Positions 39,209 to 47,823 of a DNA stretch of 64,000 nt are shown here, one piece after another. Below the pieces are notes generated by a model. It ran no database searches, was not told where the DNA came from, and saw nothing but the letters and a program-made list of their open reading frames with translations. The position numbers and the translations under genes were made by a program. The stretch is from Candidatus Saccharimonadales bacterium. Lineage in GTDB: Bacteria; Patescibacteriota; Saccharimonadia; Saccharimonadales; UBA4665. How positions within the stretch are numbered: the stretch's first letter is position 1; each line of letters begins with the position of its first letter. Location: contig DASSKE010000004.1 of NCBI GenBank assembly GCA_035690865.1, forward strand, positions 67,503 to 131,502, written 5' to 3'.

Positions 39209-41448
39209 TGGAAGACTCCAGTATTACCGGTACTGTAAATTTGATTTCGTAGTTGTTGGTAATACTCAAGTGGAAAAGTCATTACAATCGGACTACTGTC
39301 GTAATAAACATAAAACTTTTTTTGCTGCATTTGTGCCTGGTCGAGGTACACATAGCTTGACGGTAGTAACTGACTGGGCAAAATATCTTTATCACGATAG
39401 GGATAAAGCGGCGTATGCATCGCTGCCTTGGCGAAGTTTGCAGCCCGTACATCATCACTTGGGGCAAGTGAACTTTGCAGCCAGGCGTATGCCTGGAGAT
39501 CGGCCTGCGTCGTGTAATAAAGTCCGTAATACAAACCGTAATTATTGAGGCTGAGGTTAGGACTTGTACCGCCTAGGCATTGCGAGAACCAGTTAGTGAA
39601 TAGTAAGAAAAGAAACACCACAAAAATGCTGGTTGCAGAAGTTCGTACTCTGCGTGATGCCCTTTGTCCTGCATACATAATGAGGAGTATCATCGGTACG
39701 ATGAGAATAATCATTCCCTGCTGAAAAGCCCGCAGCACGCCATAGTTAACCGAAATAGTCGGCATAGCAACCATAAGGCCAATAAGGGCGAGGCTTGCTA
39801 TGCTCAAGAACAACATGTCCTGAGGAATAATCGTAGTCCTCTTTACTACCGTCCTATACCACAACAGCACGGCGCCCCCTACGGCGAGCAGCTGTAGCAC
39901 TTTAGCAAAGGATTGCCGAAGTATGGGTATGCTGCTGGCATTAATGCCTACTCGGCGTAAATCCTTCCCGAGCCTCGTGAGCGGAATGGTGTCGTTAGTA
40001 ATTTGAGGCATATATTCGGCGGCCAAATTCGACTGCTGCGAACGTGATATATAGTCATCGTAAAGATCTACCAGTGAACGGTTATTGGGCAAGAATAACG
40101 AGGTCGAGACGTCGACCGACCTATTATCGTCCGAAAGCATAGTAGGGATATTCTTAATTGAGCTGGTTAGGGTGCTAGTTAGGGCGCCAGAAGTGGCGGT
40201 GATGTGTGCATTCCAAATAAATGCCATGGCAATGAGCATTACAATGACTGAAAACGAAAAAACACTTTCTTCGTCAGGAAGAGGTTGCTGCTTGCGCCGC
40301 AGCCAGGCTTGCAGCAGGCACTTAGCGCCGTACGCCACGGCAGCTATCCCTACAAGTAAGTACGCCGTGGAGTAATGCGAAACGATAACGCCAAACGATA
40401 AAAGTAAAAAGAGCTGTTTAGAGCGCCCCGTCTTGCGGGGATGAAGTGCTACATATACCGCCAATGCTAAGAAAAAGTATGCCAGGCCCTGGCGCGTGAG
40501 CATAGCAGCATCGTTGATAAAGGTTGGATAGCAAATAAAAAGCGCTACCCCAAGCAACGCTCCTAGCTTTGGAACATACCGCCGTAATAGCATAAATACG
40601 GTGACGGCACAAAGAGCAAACGGTACCTGCATAAAAACTTTAAATACCATTTGACCGGATACGTGTAGTAATGTTGTAAGCGTATGAGGCAAAATGGTAA
40701 TACTCAAACAAGAATTATATGGGTCGCGGTACATGGTAATATCCCAGTGCTTTAGAATATTTGTCATGGCAAACACATGAAATTCTCGGGCAATATCATG
40801 TCCGCTAATGTCCCAGCTTCGCAAAGAAGTCATGAGCAAGATGCCGAGACCTATGGCAAATATCCCGATTGCTAAGCTGGCATCACTTATGTGCCGCCGC
40901 TGTATACACGCGTATAGCAAAAGGAGTGCCATAACGAGTATGGCTAACATTGCAACAGCGTTGTCGCCACCGTTATTGAGTCTATTGGCGCCAAACATTG
41001 CTAATAGTGGTACCGTACATGCTGCAATTGCAAAGATAGCTGTGGGCCGAGAGACAGTGGGTCGGGGCCGCGTGGTGAGTGTAAGAAGCCCCTGTCTTTG
41101 TATCCCATAACAGATGCAGCCAATGGTCAGTAAGTTCCAGCTTATCCACAGAGTTGATAGAGTTAGGGGCTGCTCTACGCCAAGGCTGAACAATAGTTGG
41201 TTAACAACAAAACCACATAGCAAAAGCAAAAAGAATCCCAGGCCCGCCCCAAACAGACACACCTCCAGCGGCGAGCGCAGGGGCAGCCGCAAGCCATACA
41301 GCAAAGCAAATCCTGGTAGTAATACAAGGCTTACAAAGCCCAATATCTGCGCCGGCCAAATGCCAGATTGCGCTGCCCATAGCAGCAAGTTTGCTATTAA
41401 AAGCCAGATGCCAGCAATCAGCCCTTGCCCTTTTATATTTACTTGCAC
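39205..41448 (-). CDS. Large polytopic membrane protein, GT-C/DUF2206-like (candidate glycan polymerase or glycosyltransferase)
   Basis: About 750 aa with more than 14 TM helices, a soluble loop and a C-terminal soluble region. The GTG at 41448 overlaps the upstream gene's stop; the ORF track extends to 41499. Family assignment is from recollection only. Confidence 0.6.
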   Translation of the reverse strand: MQVNIKGQGLIAGIWLLIANLLLWAAQSGIWPAQILGFVSLVLLPGFALLYGLRLPLRSPLEVCLFGAGLGFFLLLLCGFVVNQLLFSLGVEQPLTLSTLWISWNLLTIGCICYGIQRQGLLTLTTRPRPTVSRPTAIFAIAACTVPLLAMFGANRLNNGGDNAVAMLAILVMALLLLYACIQRRHISDASLAIGIFAIGLGILLMTSLRSWDISGHDIAREFHVFAMTNILKHWDITMYRDPYNSCLSITILPHTLTTLLHVSGQMVFKVFMQVPFALCAVTVFMLLRRYVPKLGALLGVALFICYPTFINDAAMLTRQGLAYFFLALAVYVALHPRKTGRSKQLFLLLSFGVIVSHYSTAYLLVGIAAVAYGAKCLLQAWLRRKQQPLPDEESVFSFSVIVMLIAMAFIWNAHITATSGALTSTLTSSIKNIPTMLSDDNRSVDVSTSLFLPNNRSLVDLYDDYISRSQQSNLAAEYMPQITNDTIPLTRLGKDLRRVGINASSIPILRQSFAKVLQLLAVGGAVLLWYRTVVKRTTIIPQDMLFLSIASLALIGLMVAMPTISVNYGVLRAFQQGMIILIVPMILLIMYAGQRASRRVRTSATSIFVVFLFLLFTNWFSQCLGGTSPNLSLNNYGLYYGLYYTTQADLQAYAWLQSSLAPSDDVRAANFAKAAMHTPLYPYRDKDILPSQLLPSSYVYLDQAQMQQKKFYVYYDSSPIVMTFPLEYYQQLRNQIYSTGNTGVFQ

Positions 41449-42545
41449 GCTAGAACCTCTTGATAGAGCGAAGTATAGGTGTGCTTTAGCACACTCCACC
41501 GCAGGTTATTTGCTTTCTGAAAGCCTTGTTCTACCTGCGTTTGTAGCTGCTCGGGTGTGGTGCCGAATTGCTCAATTGCTTCGTGAAGGGCTTTTTCTGT
41601 GGGCGAAACAAGTATGCCACAGTTTTGCAAATGCTCCCCCACGCCCACTACGTCTGTCCCAATTATAGGAATACGTGCCGCCATGGCCTCCAAAAGTACC
41701 AACGGTTGAGCTTCGTATAGCGAAGGCATGACAAGTACGTCGCAGTCTTTGTAAAAATCGAGGACCACCTGTCGTGGTTGCTTGCCATGTAGGGTGACCT
41801 TGCCGGCAAGCTCAAGCGTGTCGCGAAGTGCGTGCAGCTGTGCAGACTGTTCGCCATGGCCCACAACATCGAGGTGTACCGAGCGTTTGCAGCGTGCTAT
41901 GGCGCGCAACAGAGTGCCGATATTTTTCTGCTCGGTAAGTCGCCCAACTGTCAGGAGCCGTAATTGGTCGCCGTGGCCCAGGTAACGTCGCTTGCGCTGG
42001 ACCTTAAAAAAAGCTTCATCAATACCATTGCTCATAATTTGAGCATCAGCAATATTGTATAGCGACCGGACTCTCTGCTGCATAGCTTTATTGAGCACCA
42101 CCACGCGGTCTGCCCGGCGCAATACTGGCCCCAGAATATGCTTCTTGTAAAATGGCAAGAGCGCTGCCGCCGGCCCAGAAGGCTGAAAGTCAATGTGCAA
42201 CTCGGCAATAAATGGTGCATGCCGCAACATGCTGGCAAGAGCAGTTATTTCGGGGGTGAATGCCTGGCCAATATGCAGATGTACAATAGTGTGCTCATCT
42301 ATCTCGCGGCAAAGCGTCGCAAAAAAGCCTGGCATAATGGCGGCGTGACCAAACTCAAACGCAGATAGCCGTATAACTCGCACACCGCCTTCGACGGTAA
42401 CTCCCGCTGCTCCCCCTCCGACAGCCGAAGTGATAACCGTTACCTGATGTCCCCCTTTAGCAAGATGGCATGCTAGATCTTGCACAACATTCTCCTGACC
42501 ACCGAGGTGAGGCGGGTAATACGCTGTTACCTGCACAATCTTCAC
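41439..42545 (-). CDS. Glycosyltransferase family 4 (GT-B)
   Basis: VKIVQVTAYYPPHLGGQENVV and the C-terminal EAQPLVLLEAMAARIPIIGTD (EX7E region). GTGA overlap with the upstream gene. Confidence 0.85.
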   Translation of the reverse strand: MKIVQVTAYYPPHLGGQENVVQDLACHLAKGGHQVTVITSAVGGGAAGVTVEGGVRVIRLSAFEFGHAAIMPGFFATLCREIDEHTIVHLHIGQAFTPEITALASMLRHAPFIAELHIDFQPSGPAAALLPFYKKHILGPVLRRADRVVVLNKAMQQRVRSLYNIADAQIMSNGIDEAFFKVQRKRRYLGHGDQLRLLTVGRLTEQKNIGTLLRAIARCKRSVHLDVVGHGEQSAQLHALRDTLELAGKVTLHGKQPRQVVLDFYKDCDVLVMPSLYEAQPLVLLEAMAARIPIIGTDVVGVGEHLQNCGILVSPTEKALHEAIEQFGTTPEQLQTQVEQGFQKANNLRWSVLKHTYTSLYQEVLACK

Positions 42546-43645
42546 AAGACCCTCCGGTAAAGGTCGAGTGCTGTCTGCGCCACCGACGGCCAGGCAAAGC
42601 GCTCTGCATGTGCCCTGCCTTTTTCTTGTTTTTGCACGCGCAACTCTTTGTTGGCCATACAAGCGAGCATGGCCTGCTTGAGTGATTCAGCATCGGCGAC
42701 GGCAGCGCTAAAAACAGCATCCTTAAAATAATCACTGCGCGCTAAGCCTACGGATGTAATAACTACTGGAAGCTGGCAAGCCCAAGCCTCTAAAAGCGTT
42801 AGAGGAGTAGTTTCGTAGAGCGCTGGAAACACGGCCGCATCTGCCGTGTTAAAGAGTCTCCGCACTTCTTTGGGGTCTTGTTGACCTATGTACTGAATGT
42901 GCTCACTCAGGCCGTATGACGTAATGGCTGATTCTATCTGCTGTTGTAGTGACCCGCTGCCTATAATGAGTACGCGAAAAGGCTGGTCGGTAGAAGCGGC
43001 GAGTAAACTTACCGCCTGGATAAGATACAAATAACCCTTTTGCTTCTCAAGCCTTCCTACGCTAACAAACGTAAATACCGCGTTCTCTTTTGGTCGAGCC
43101 TTACCATGCCAAAATGCTAGATCGATGCCATTTGGCAAAAGCTGAGCGGGCAAACCGCGCTTATTAAGCATCTGTACGTCATGCGAGTTTGGGGCAGTTA
43201 TTACCTTGGCACCGCTAAGCCGCACTAGCAAAAGCTCGCTTAAACGGCGCAATCTTGACTGCTCAGCATCGTAAAAAGTAACAATATGAAAAGTATGAAC
43301 AATCGGAATGCCCAGGCTTTTGGCGGCAAATGAGACAACGAAGGCCATATCCACTGAATGAGTATGAATAACCTGTGGCCGTTCTTTTAACAGAACCAAA
43401 AACGCTTTCCAGCCGAGCATTAATAGAGAAATAAGCCTCCGAATGGTAATGGCATCTAGTGCGCTGGATGCATCTTGCAGGCCAAAAGTGTAGACTCCCG
43501 CTGCCGGTAAAAGCTCGCGGCAGCGCGAAGTGAGAACTCGCACCTCATGCCCTGCAGCTTCTTCCTGTTCTTTGAGCTGGGATACAACAACAGCGTCTCC
43601 TCCAAGTGCCCCAGGATATTTCTTTACCACATGCAGAACTTTCAT
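42542..43645 (-). CDS. Glycosyltransferase family 4 (GT-B)
   Basis: MKVLHVVKKYPGALGGDAVVV and ETTPLTLLEAWACQLPVVITS (EX7E region). Confidence 0.85.
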   Translation of the reverse strand: MKVLHVVKKYPGALGGDAVVVSQLKEQEEAAGHEVRVLTSRCRELLPAAGVYTFGLQDASSALDAITIRRLISLLMLGWKAFLVLLKERPQVIHTHSVDMAFVVSFAAKSLGIPIVHTFHIVTFYDAEQSRLRRLSELLLVRLSGAKVITAPNSHDVQMLNKRGLPAQLLPNGIDLAFWHGKARPKENAVFTFVSVGRLEKQKGYLYLIQAVSLLAASTDQPFRVLIIGSGSLQQQIESAITSYGLSEHIQYIGQQDPKEVRRLFNTADAAVFPALYETTPLTLLEAWACQLPVVITSVGLARSDYFKDAVFSAAVADAESLKQAMLACMANKELRVQKQEKGRAHAERFAWPSVAQTALDLYRRVL

Positions 43646-45483
43646 AAATTATAGATCTCCACTTGGTCCTGCGCTAAGTTGCGCCAGTCATATTGTGTTA
43701 CTTCAGGAATGGAAACCCGGCCGGCCTGATCAATCCAAAAAGAGAGCGCTTGGGCAATATGCTTAGGGTCGCAAGGAACAATACTACCATTTTTATTTGG
43801 CTCTATGAGATGACGAGCGGCATTTGCCTCTGCATTTGTGGTGACCACAGGCGTCCCACAGCCTAGAGCTTCGAGCGTAACGATGCTAAAACCCTCCCGC
43901 ACCGATGGCAGGCAAAATACGCGGGCAGCTTTCATGTAGGCGTATATATCCTCAGCCCGCGCGAGCGGTTTCAAGAAAGTAACGTTGTCCGCAATACCTT
44001 GTTTTTTTGCTTGCTTGCGAAGCCGTTGCTCTTCCAGACCGTGGCCAATAATGGTGCAGCGTACCCCCGGATTACGCCCGGCAATGATGGATACGGCGTC
44101 AAATAACCGATCTATATTCTTGTCTTTTACCAGTCGGCCAACATATAAAATATCTGTTTTTGTATCCGCCGGCTCAATGTCTTCAAGTAATTGCAGGTCG
44201 AGGCCTGACGCAACAAGCCCCACGCGATCGATGCGTCCATGAATATTTGCCAGTTTTTCTTTAGTATGGAGTGAAGCAGCGGTTATAGCATGGGGGAGCC
44301 GGACACTCATCCGCTCAATGAGTGCTGCAATGTAGCCGCTTTTTCCCATGTACTCAGTCCAATCTTTGGATGACAGAGCTTCGTGCCACGTGCCGTAAAG
44401 ACGCAATCTCCTTAATTTGCAAACGATCCAAGTAGTTAAAATAGGAAAGAACGGCATGTGGTCGACATCAAGAACATCGAAACGCACCCGGAATAAACGG
44501 AAACAAGCTAGGCTAAACATACAAGCCTCCCGAATGGTGCGTCGATTACCATGATACATCTCGTAATGTTTACAGAGTGCATGCAGCTTGACGCCATGCT
44601 CAATTCGGGTCTTTTCGGGTTGCTTCCACCACTTCATGGTGTAAATATGTACGTCGTATCCCATGCGGACAAGCTGTTTAGAAAGCTCATGTAGGCGTTT
44701 TTCTTTGCCGCCCTTAAAGTAGGGATAAATAGCATCGCTTACAAATACAATTTTGCGTATGGCAGAAATTTGCTTGGGGCGCCAGAACAAGTTCCCCATG
44801 AGCATATGTAGAATACGCGAGCCGTCATGTACTGGCCGAAGGTTTGATTCTCCGGCACGAGGATGATAACTCACAGGGACAGAGGTCATGCTTAGGTTGA
44901 GCCTGGCCATTTTAGTGACCATTTCCATCTCTATAGCAAAGCCGCTACTCGTAAGGTGCGGATAAATAATGTCGAGGGCTTCTTTTTTCCACGCAAAATA
45001 ACCAGTTAAAACGTCTGTTACGTTTGCCCTGTACAGCGTTCGTACGGCATTGGTAAAAAACCAGTTGCCCAGGCGATTAAATGTATTCATGGCATTATCA
45101 CATATATGACCGCCCAAACGCGTGCCAACAACAACGTCACAAAACTGATTTTGCAATGGCTCAACCATGCGTGGTAGTTCCGAAGAGCTGTAGGTGTCGT
45201 CGCCATCCAGCATAACAACGTAATCAACTGTTTTAGGAAGCGCCCGGAAACCTGCTCGCAGGGCGTAGCCCTTGCCTTTTTGCCGCTCAACGATTACGGT
45301 GGCCCCGGCGTCCTGCGCAACCTGTGCCGTATTGTCGCTCGAGTTATTGTCAACGACATATACGGTAACGTCAAAGCCATCTTGCGCGAGTTTGCTGCGC
45401 GGTATTTTTTCGATTACCTGCCCAATGCCGGCTGCCTCATTGTGGCACGGTATAACCACTGCAATCATCTGCCTCTTGCTCAT
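43642..45483 (-). CDS. Bifunctional glycosyltransferase: N-terminal GT2 (GT-A) fused to C-terminal GT4 (GT-B)
   Basis: N-terminus: IAVVIPCHNEAAGI, VVDNNSSDNT, VVMLDGDDTY (DxD). C-terminus: IVFVSDAIYPYFKGGKEKRLHEL and REGFSIVTLEALGCGTPVVTT. Confidence 0.85.
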   Translation of the reverse strand: MSKRQMIAVVIPCHNEAAGIGQVIEKIPRSKLAQDGFDVTVYVVDNNSSDNTAQVAQDAGATVIVERQKGKGYALRAGFRALPKTVDYVVMLDGDDTYSSSELPRMVEPLQNQFCDVVVGTRLGGHICDNAMNTFNRLGNWFFTNAVRTLYRANVTDVLTGYFAWKKEALDIIYPHLTSSGFAIEMEMVTKMARLNLSMTSVPVSYHPRAGESNLRPVHDGSRILHMLMGNLFWRPKQISAIRKIVFVSDAIYPYFKGGKEKRLHELSKQLVRMGYDVHIYTMKWWKQPEKTRIEHGVKLHALCKHYEMYHGNRRTIREACMFSLACFRLFRVRFDVLDVDHMPFFPILTTWIVCKLRRLRLYGTWHEALSSKDWTEYMGKSGYIAALIERMSVRLPHAITAASLHTKEKLANIHGRIDRVGLVASGLDLQLLEDIEPADTKTDILYVGRLVKDKNIDRLFDAVSIIAGRNPGVRCTIIGHGLEEQRLRKQAKKQGIADNVTFLKPLARAEDIYAYMKAARVFCLPSVREGFSIVTLEALGCGTPVVTTNAEANAARHLIEPNKNGSIVPCDPKHIAQALSFWIDQAGRVSIPEVTQYDWRNLAQDQVEIYNL

Positions 45484-45992
45484 TGTGTCCCCCTCTCTTT
45501 GGACGCTAGGCTTTTGTTCGTTGTTATGTAATGAATCGTTTCAGTCTGCAAGTGTGATGGGTCCGATCGTGCCTGTTGTACCTGCACCGACACAAAAACT
45601 CGCTGCGCTTCTACAGATGGCATGACAACTTCTTTGACAAGAGATCTTTGCTGGCCTTGTGTCAATAGCAGACTGCCCGTTGTTGCTACGCGTGCGCCAA
45701 CGTTTGAACGTACCGTTACACGATAGGTGTATTGTTTGGTTGCATGCTCAAGGTTGCGAATAGTAAACTGTACTGTTTGCTTACCATCTGGCTCGAACGT
45801 CCGAGGAAGCTGGGCTGGGTTGGTAAAATATACCTGTGTGAATCGTTCCGGCTCTGGCAAAAGCTGCCAGCGATGGAGTTGCTGGGTAATGGGAGCTGCA
45901 AAAAAGTAGATGAGGCCAATACCCGTGAGGGTAGCACTGCCGAGGGCTGCATAATATGTTGGGCGGATGATCACGGCAACTCTCCTTGGCAC
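45480..45992 (-). CDS. Membrane-anchored hypothetical protein (DUF1616-like C-terminal domain)
   Basis: One TM helix, then FTQVYFTNPAQLPRTFEPDGKQTVQFTIRNLEHATKQYTYRV, which resembles the TEFY...V.N.E....Y pattern I recall for DUF1616. First gene of the minus-strand operon. Confidence 0.5.
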   Translation of the reverse strand: MPRRVAVIIRPTYYAALGSATLTGIGLIYFFAAPITQQLHRWQLLPEPERFTQVYFTNPAQLPRTFEPDGKQTVQFTIRNLEHATKQYTYRVTVRSNVGARVATTGSLLLTQGQQRSLVKEVVMPSVEAQRVFVSVQVQQARSDPSHLQTETIHYITTNKSLASKERGTQ

Positions 45993-46093
45993 AGTAGCTC
46001 AAGTTTAGCTTTATATTTTGTGCCAACTTTGTTTATGGTACAACGTTGAATAGAATATAACAATGTATATATAAAGAAAGTTCTATAATTTGT

Positions 46094-47263
46094 ATGAAAA
46101 AATATAGTATATGGGGAAAAGTCTGGGCCGTGTGCCTGCTTGCAATGATAGTAAGCAGCAGCAATCCCACAGTATATGCAGCAAATCCTAATGAAAGTGG
46201 CTTTGCCACCGGCACGACACTTTTGTGGCTTACACTCACTGAGCGCCAGGCGTATCTGGACGATGTCCAGGCACTCGGTGCAAAGTGGATACGTATAGAT
46301 TTTAGTTGGGCCGAGATACAGCCACAAAACAGAACGACGTACAAATGGCATGCCTACGATGCGGTGGTGCAAGCTGCGCACGCCCGGCACCTTAAGGTAC
46401 TAGCGACGCTTGCCTATACACCCGACTGGGCAAGCGATGCCAAATGCCGCGAGATATCGTCACAGAGTCCAGCATTGCGGCGCGCCTGCAAGCCTCGGGT
46501 TGCGGCAGACTTTGCTCGTTTTGCCCGGGCAGCCGTGCTGCGTTACAACCTGCAAGGTGTGTACGCCTGGGAGATTTGGAATGAGCCAAATCTAACCGGC
46601 TACTGGCGATCCATCGACCAGTCGGGACGTGTTGTAGTGAGTCCGGCAGACTATGCGGAGATGGCTAATTTAGCAGCTCTACAGATAAAACATTACGATC
46701 CTGGCGCGGTAGTCATTGCAGGAAGCCTGGCTCCATTGTTCGAGGCGCATCAGCAGATCGGCATGCGGCAAAGTGATTACCTCACGCAGCTTCTGCCTAA
46801 GTTGGAGCGCCGGCTTTTTGATGGCATTAGTGTTCATCCATACTGTTGGCCCAAGTCACCGGCCCGTCAGGCGATTTACAATGGTTTTTATACTGTTGAC
46901 AACGGCCCAATCTCATATAATTTACGCAAGATTATGGACCATAGCGGCTGGGGCAACGAAGCTATCTGGGCGACAGAGTTTGGAGCAAGCACGCGCGGCA
47001 AAATACCCGAAGGGGCAGCTGCGGCCGCCAAAGGGCACCCCCGCCCCGACCACGTTAGTGAGGCTAAGCAGGCGCAGATTATTGCTCAGGGCTTGCAGTT
47101 ATGGCGAACAAAACAACGCAACGGCCCCATCTTTTTATATTCACAGAGTGATGAATGGCTTACGCACGGCGGCAACAGTAACCAGCGAGGATATGGCCTG
47201 CGGCGCCAAGATGGCAGCAAAAAGCCCGCCTATACGGCTGTATACAGCGCCCTTCATCACTAG
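46094..47263 (+). CDS. Secreted glycoside hydrolase family 5-like (cellulase superfamily, clan GH-A)
   Basis: Signal peptide, then YAWEIWNEPN (acid/base NEP motif) and IWATEFGAS (nucleophile Glu). Confidence 0.8.
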   Translation: MKKYSIWGKVWAVCLLAMIVSSSNPTVYAANPNESGFATGTTLLWLTLTERQAYLDDVQALGAKWIRIDFSWAEIQPQNRTTYKWHAYDAVVQAAHARHLKVLATLAYTPDWASDAKCREISSQSPALRRACKPRVAADFARFARAAVLRYNLQGVYAWEIWNEPNLTGYWRSIDQSGRVVVSPADYAEMANLAALQIKHYDPGAVVIAGSLAPLFEAHQQIGMRQSDYLTQLLPKLERRLFDGISVHPYCWPKSPARQAIYNGFYTVDNGPISYNLRKIMDHSGWGNEAIWATEFGASTRGKIPEGAAAAAKGHPRPDHVSEAKQAQIIAQGLQLWRTKQRNGPIFLYSQSDEWLTHGGNSNQRGYGLRRQDGSKKPAYTAVYSALHH

Positions 47264-47748
47264 TTTGTGCAAGCCTGAAGGTCGTCAAAAAAGCCACCCA
47301 CAAAACCTAGCTCACCGCTTTGTGCTTTGCTGTAGAGTTCGGCCTGATGCACGTAATCGGTCCAGGCTACTTCGCGCGGATTTTGCACAGTAGGTGCCTC
47401 AGTTGCCTCGCCAACAAACAGGTAACGATAACGCCCATACTCATTTAGCCCCTGGCCTACCAGCCGAAGATTAGTAGGCGTAACGCCGGTTTCTTCTTGT
47501 GATTCACGGAGTGCAGCTTGCTGGGGACTCTCGCCCGACGTAATGCTACCGCACACATGATCAATATCACCAGGATTAACTTTTTTGTGGTGCGAGCGGG
47601 CATGCACAAGCACATGGTCATCTTTAAGTATCACCACAATCACAATCGGCATATAAAGGTTGGTATACTGAGCGGCGTCGTCCCGTGCTATATGCGTACG
47701 TACGATTTGCCCTTTGTCGTTCACCAGGTCGATATATTCAGCCACCAC
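47260..47748 (-). CDS. NUDIX hydrolase
   Basis: Canonical Nudix box GSITSGESPQQAALRESQEETGV. Confidence 0.88.
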   Translation of the reverse strand: MVAEYIDLVNDKGQIVRTHIARDDAAQYTNLYMPIVIVVILKDDHVLVHARSHHKKVNPGDIDHVCGSITSGESPQQAALRESQEETGVTPTNLRLVGQGLNEYGRYRYLFVGEATEAPTVQNPREVAWTDYVHQAELYSKAQSGELGFVGGFFDDLQACTN

Positions 47749-47823
47749 TAGTCCCTCTATTACTCCATCACTATAACAAAGTGCGGCTGTTCGTAAAAAG
47801 CATAAGCGGGTATACTGAAGTCC

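Noticed and set aside
39138-41668. + strand ORFs (136, 96, 100 and 184 aa) across the flippase, GT-C-like and GT4 genes.
   Set aside because: All are antisense to hydrophobic membrane-protein genes. Their composition is Arg/Ser/Cys/Lys-rich, typical of the reverse complement of TM-coding DNA.
46716-47393. 225-aa + strand ORF in an alternative frame over the GH5 gene, running into the Nudix gene.
   Set aside because: It lies entirely inside or overlapping two well-supported genes. Its composition is Arg/Ala/Leu/Cys-rich and it has no motifs.
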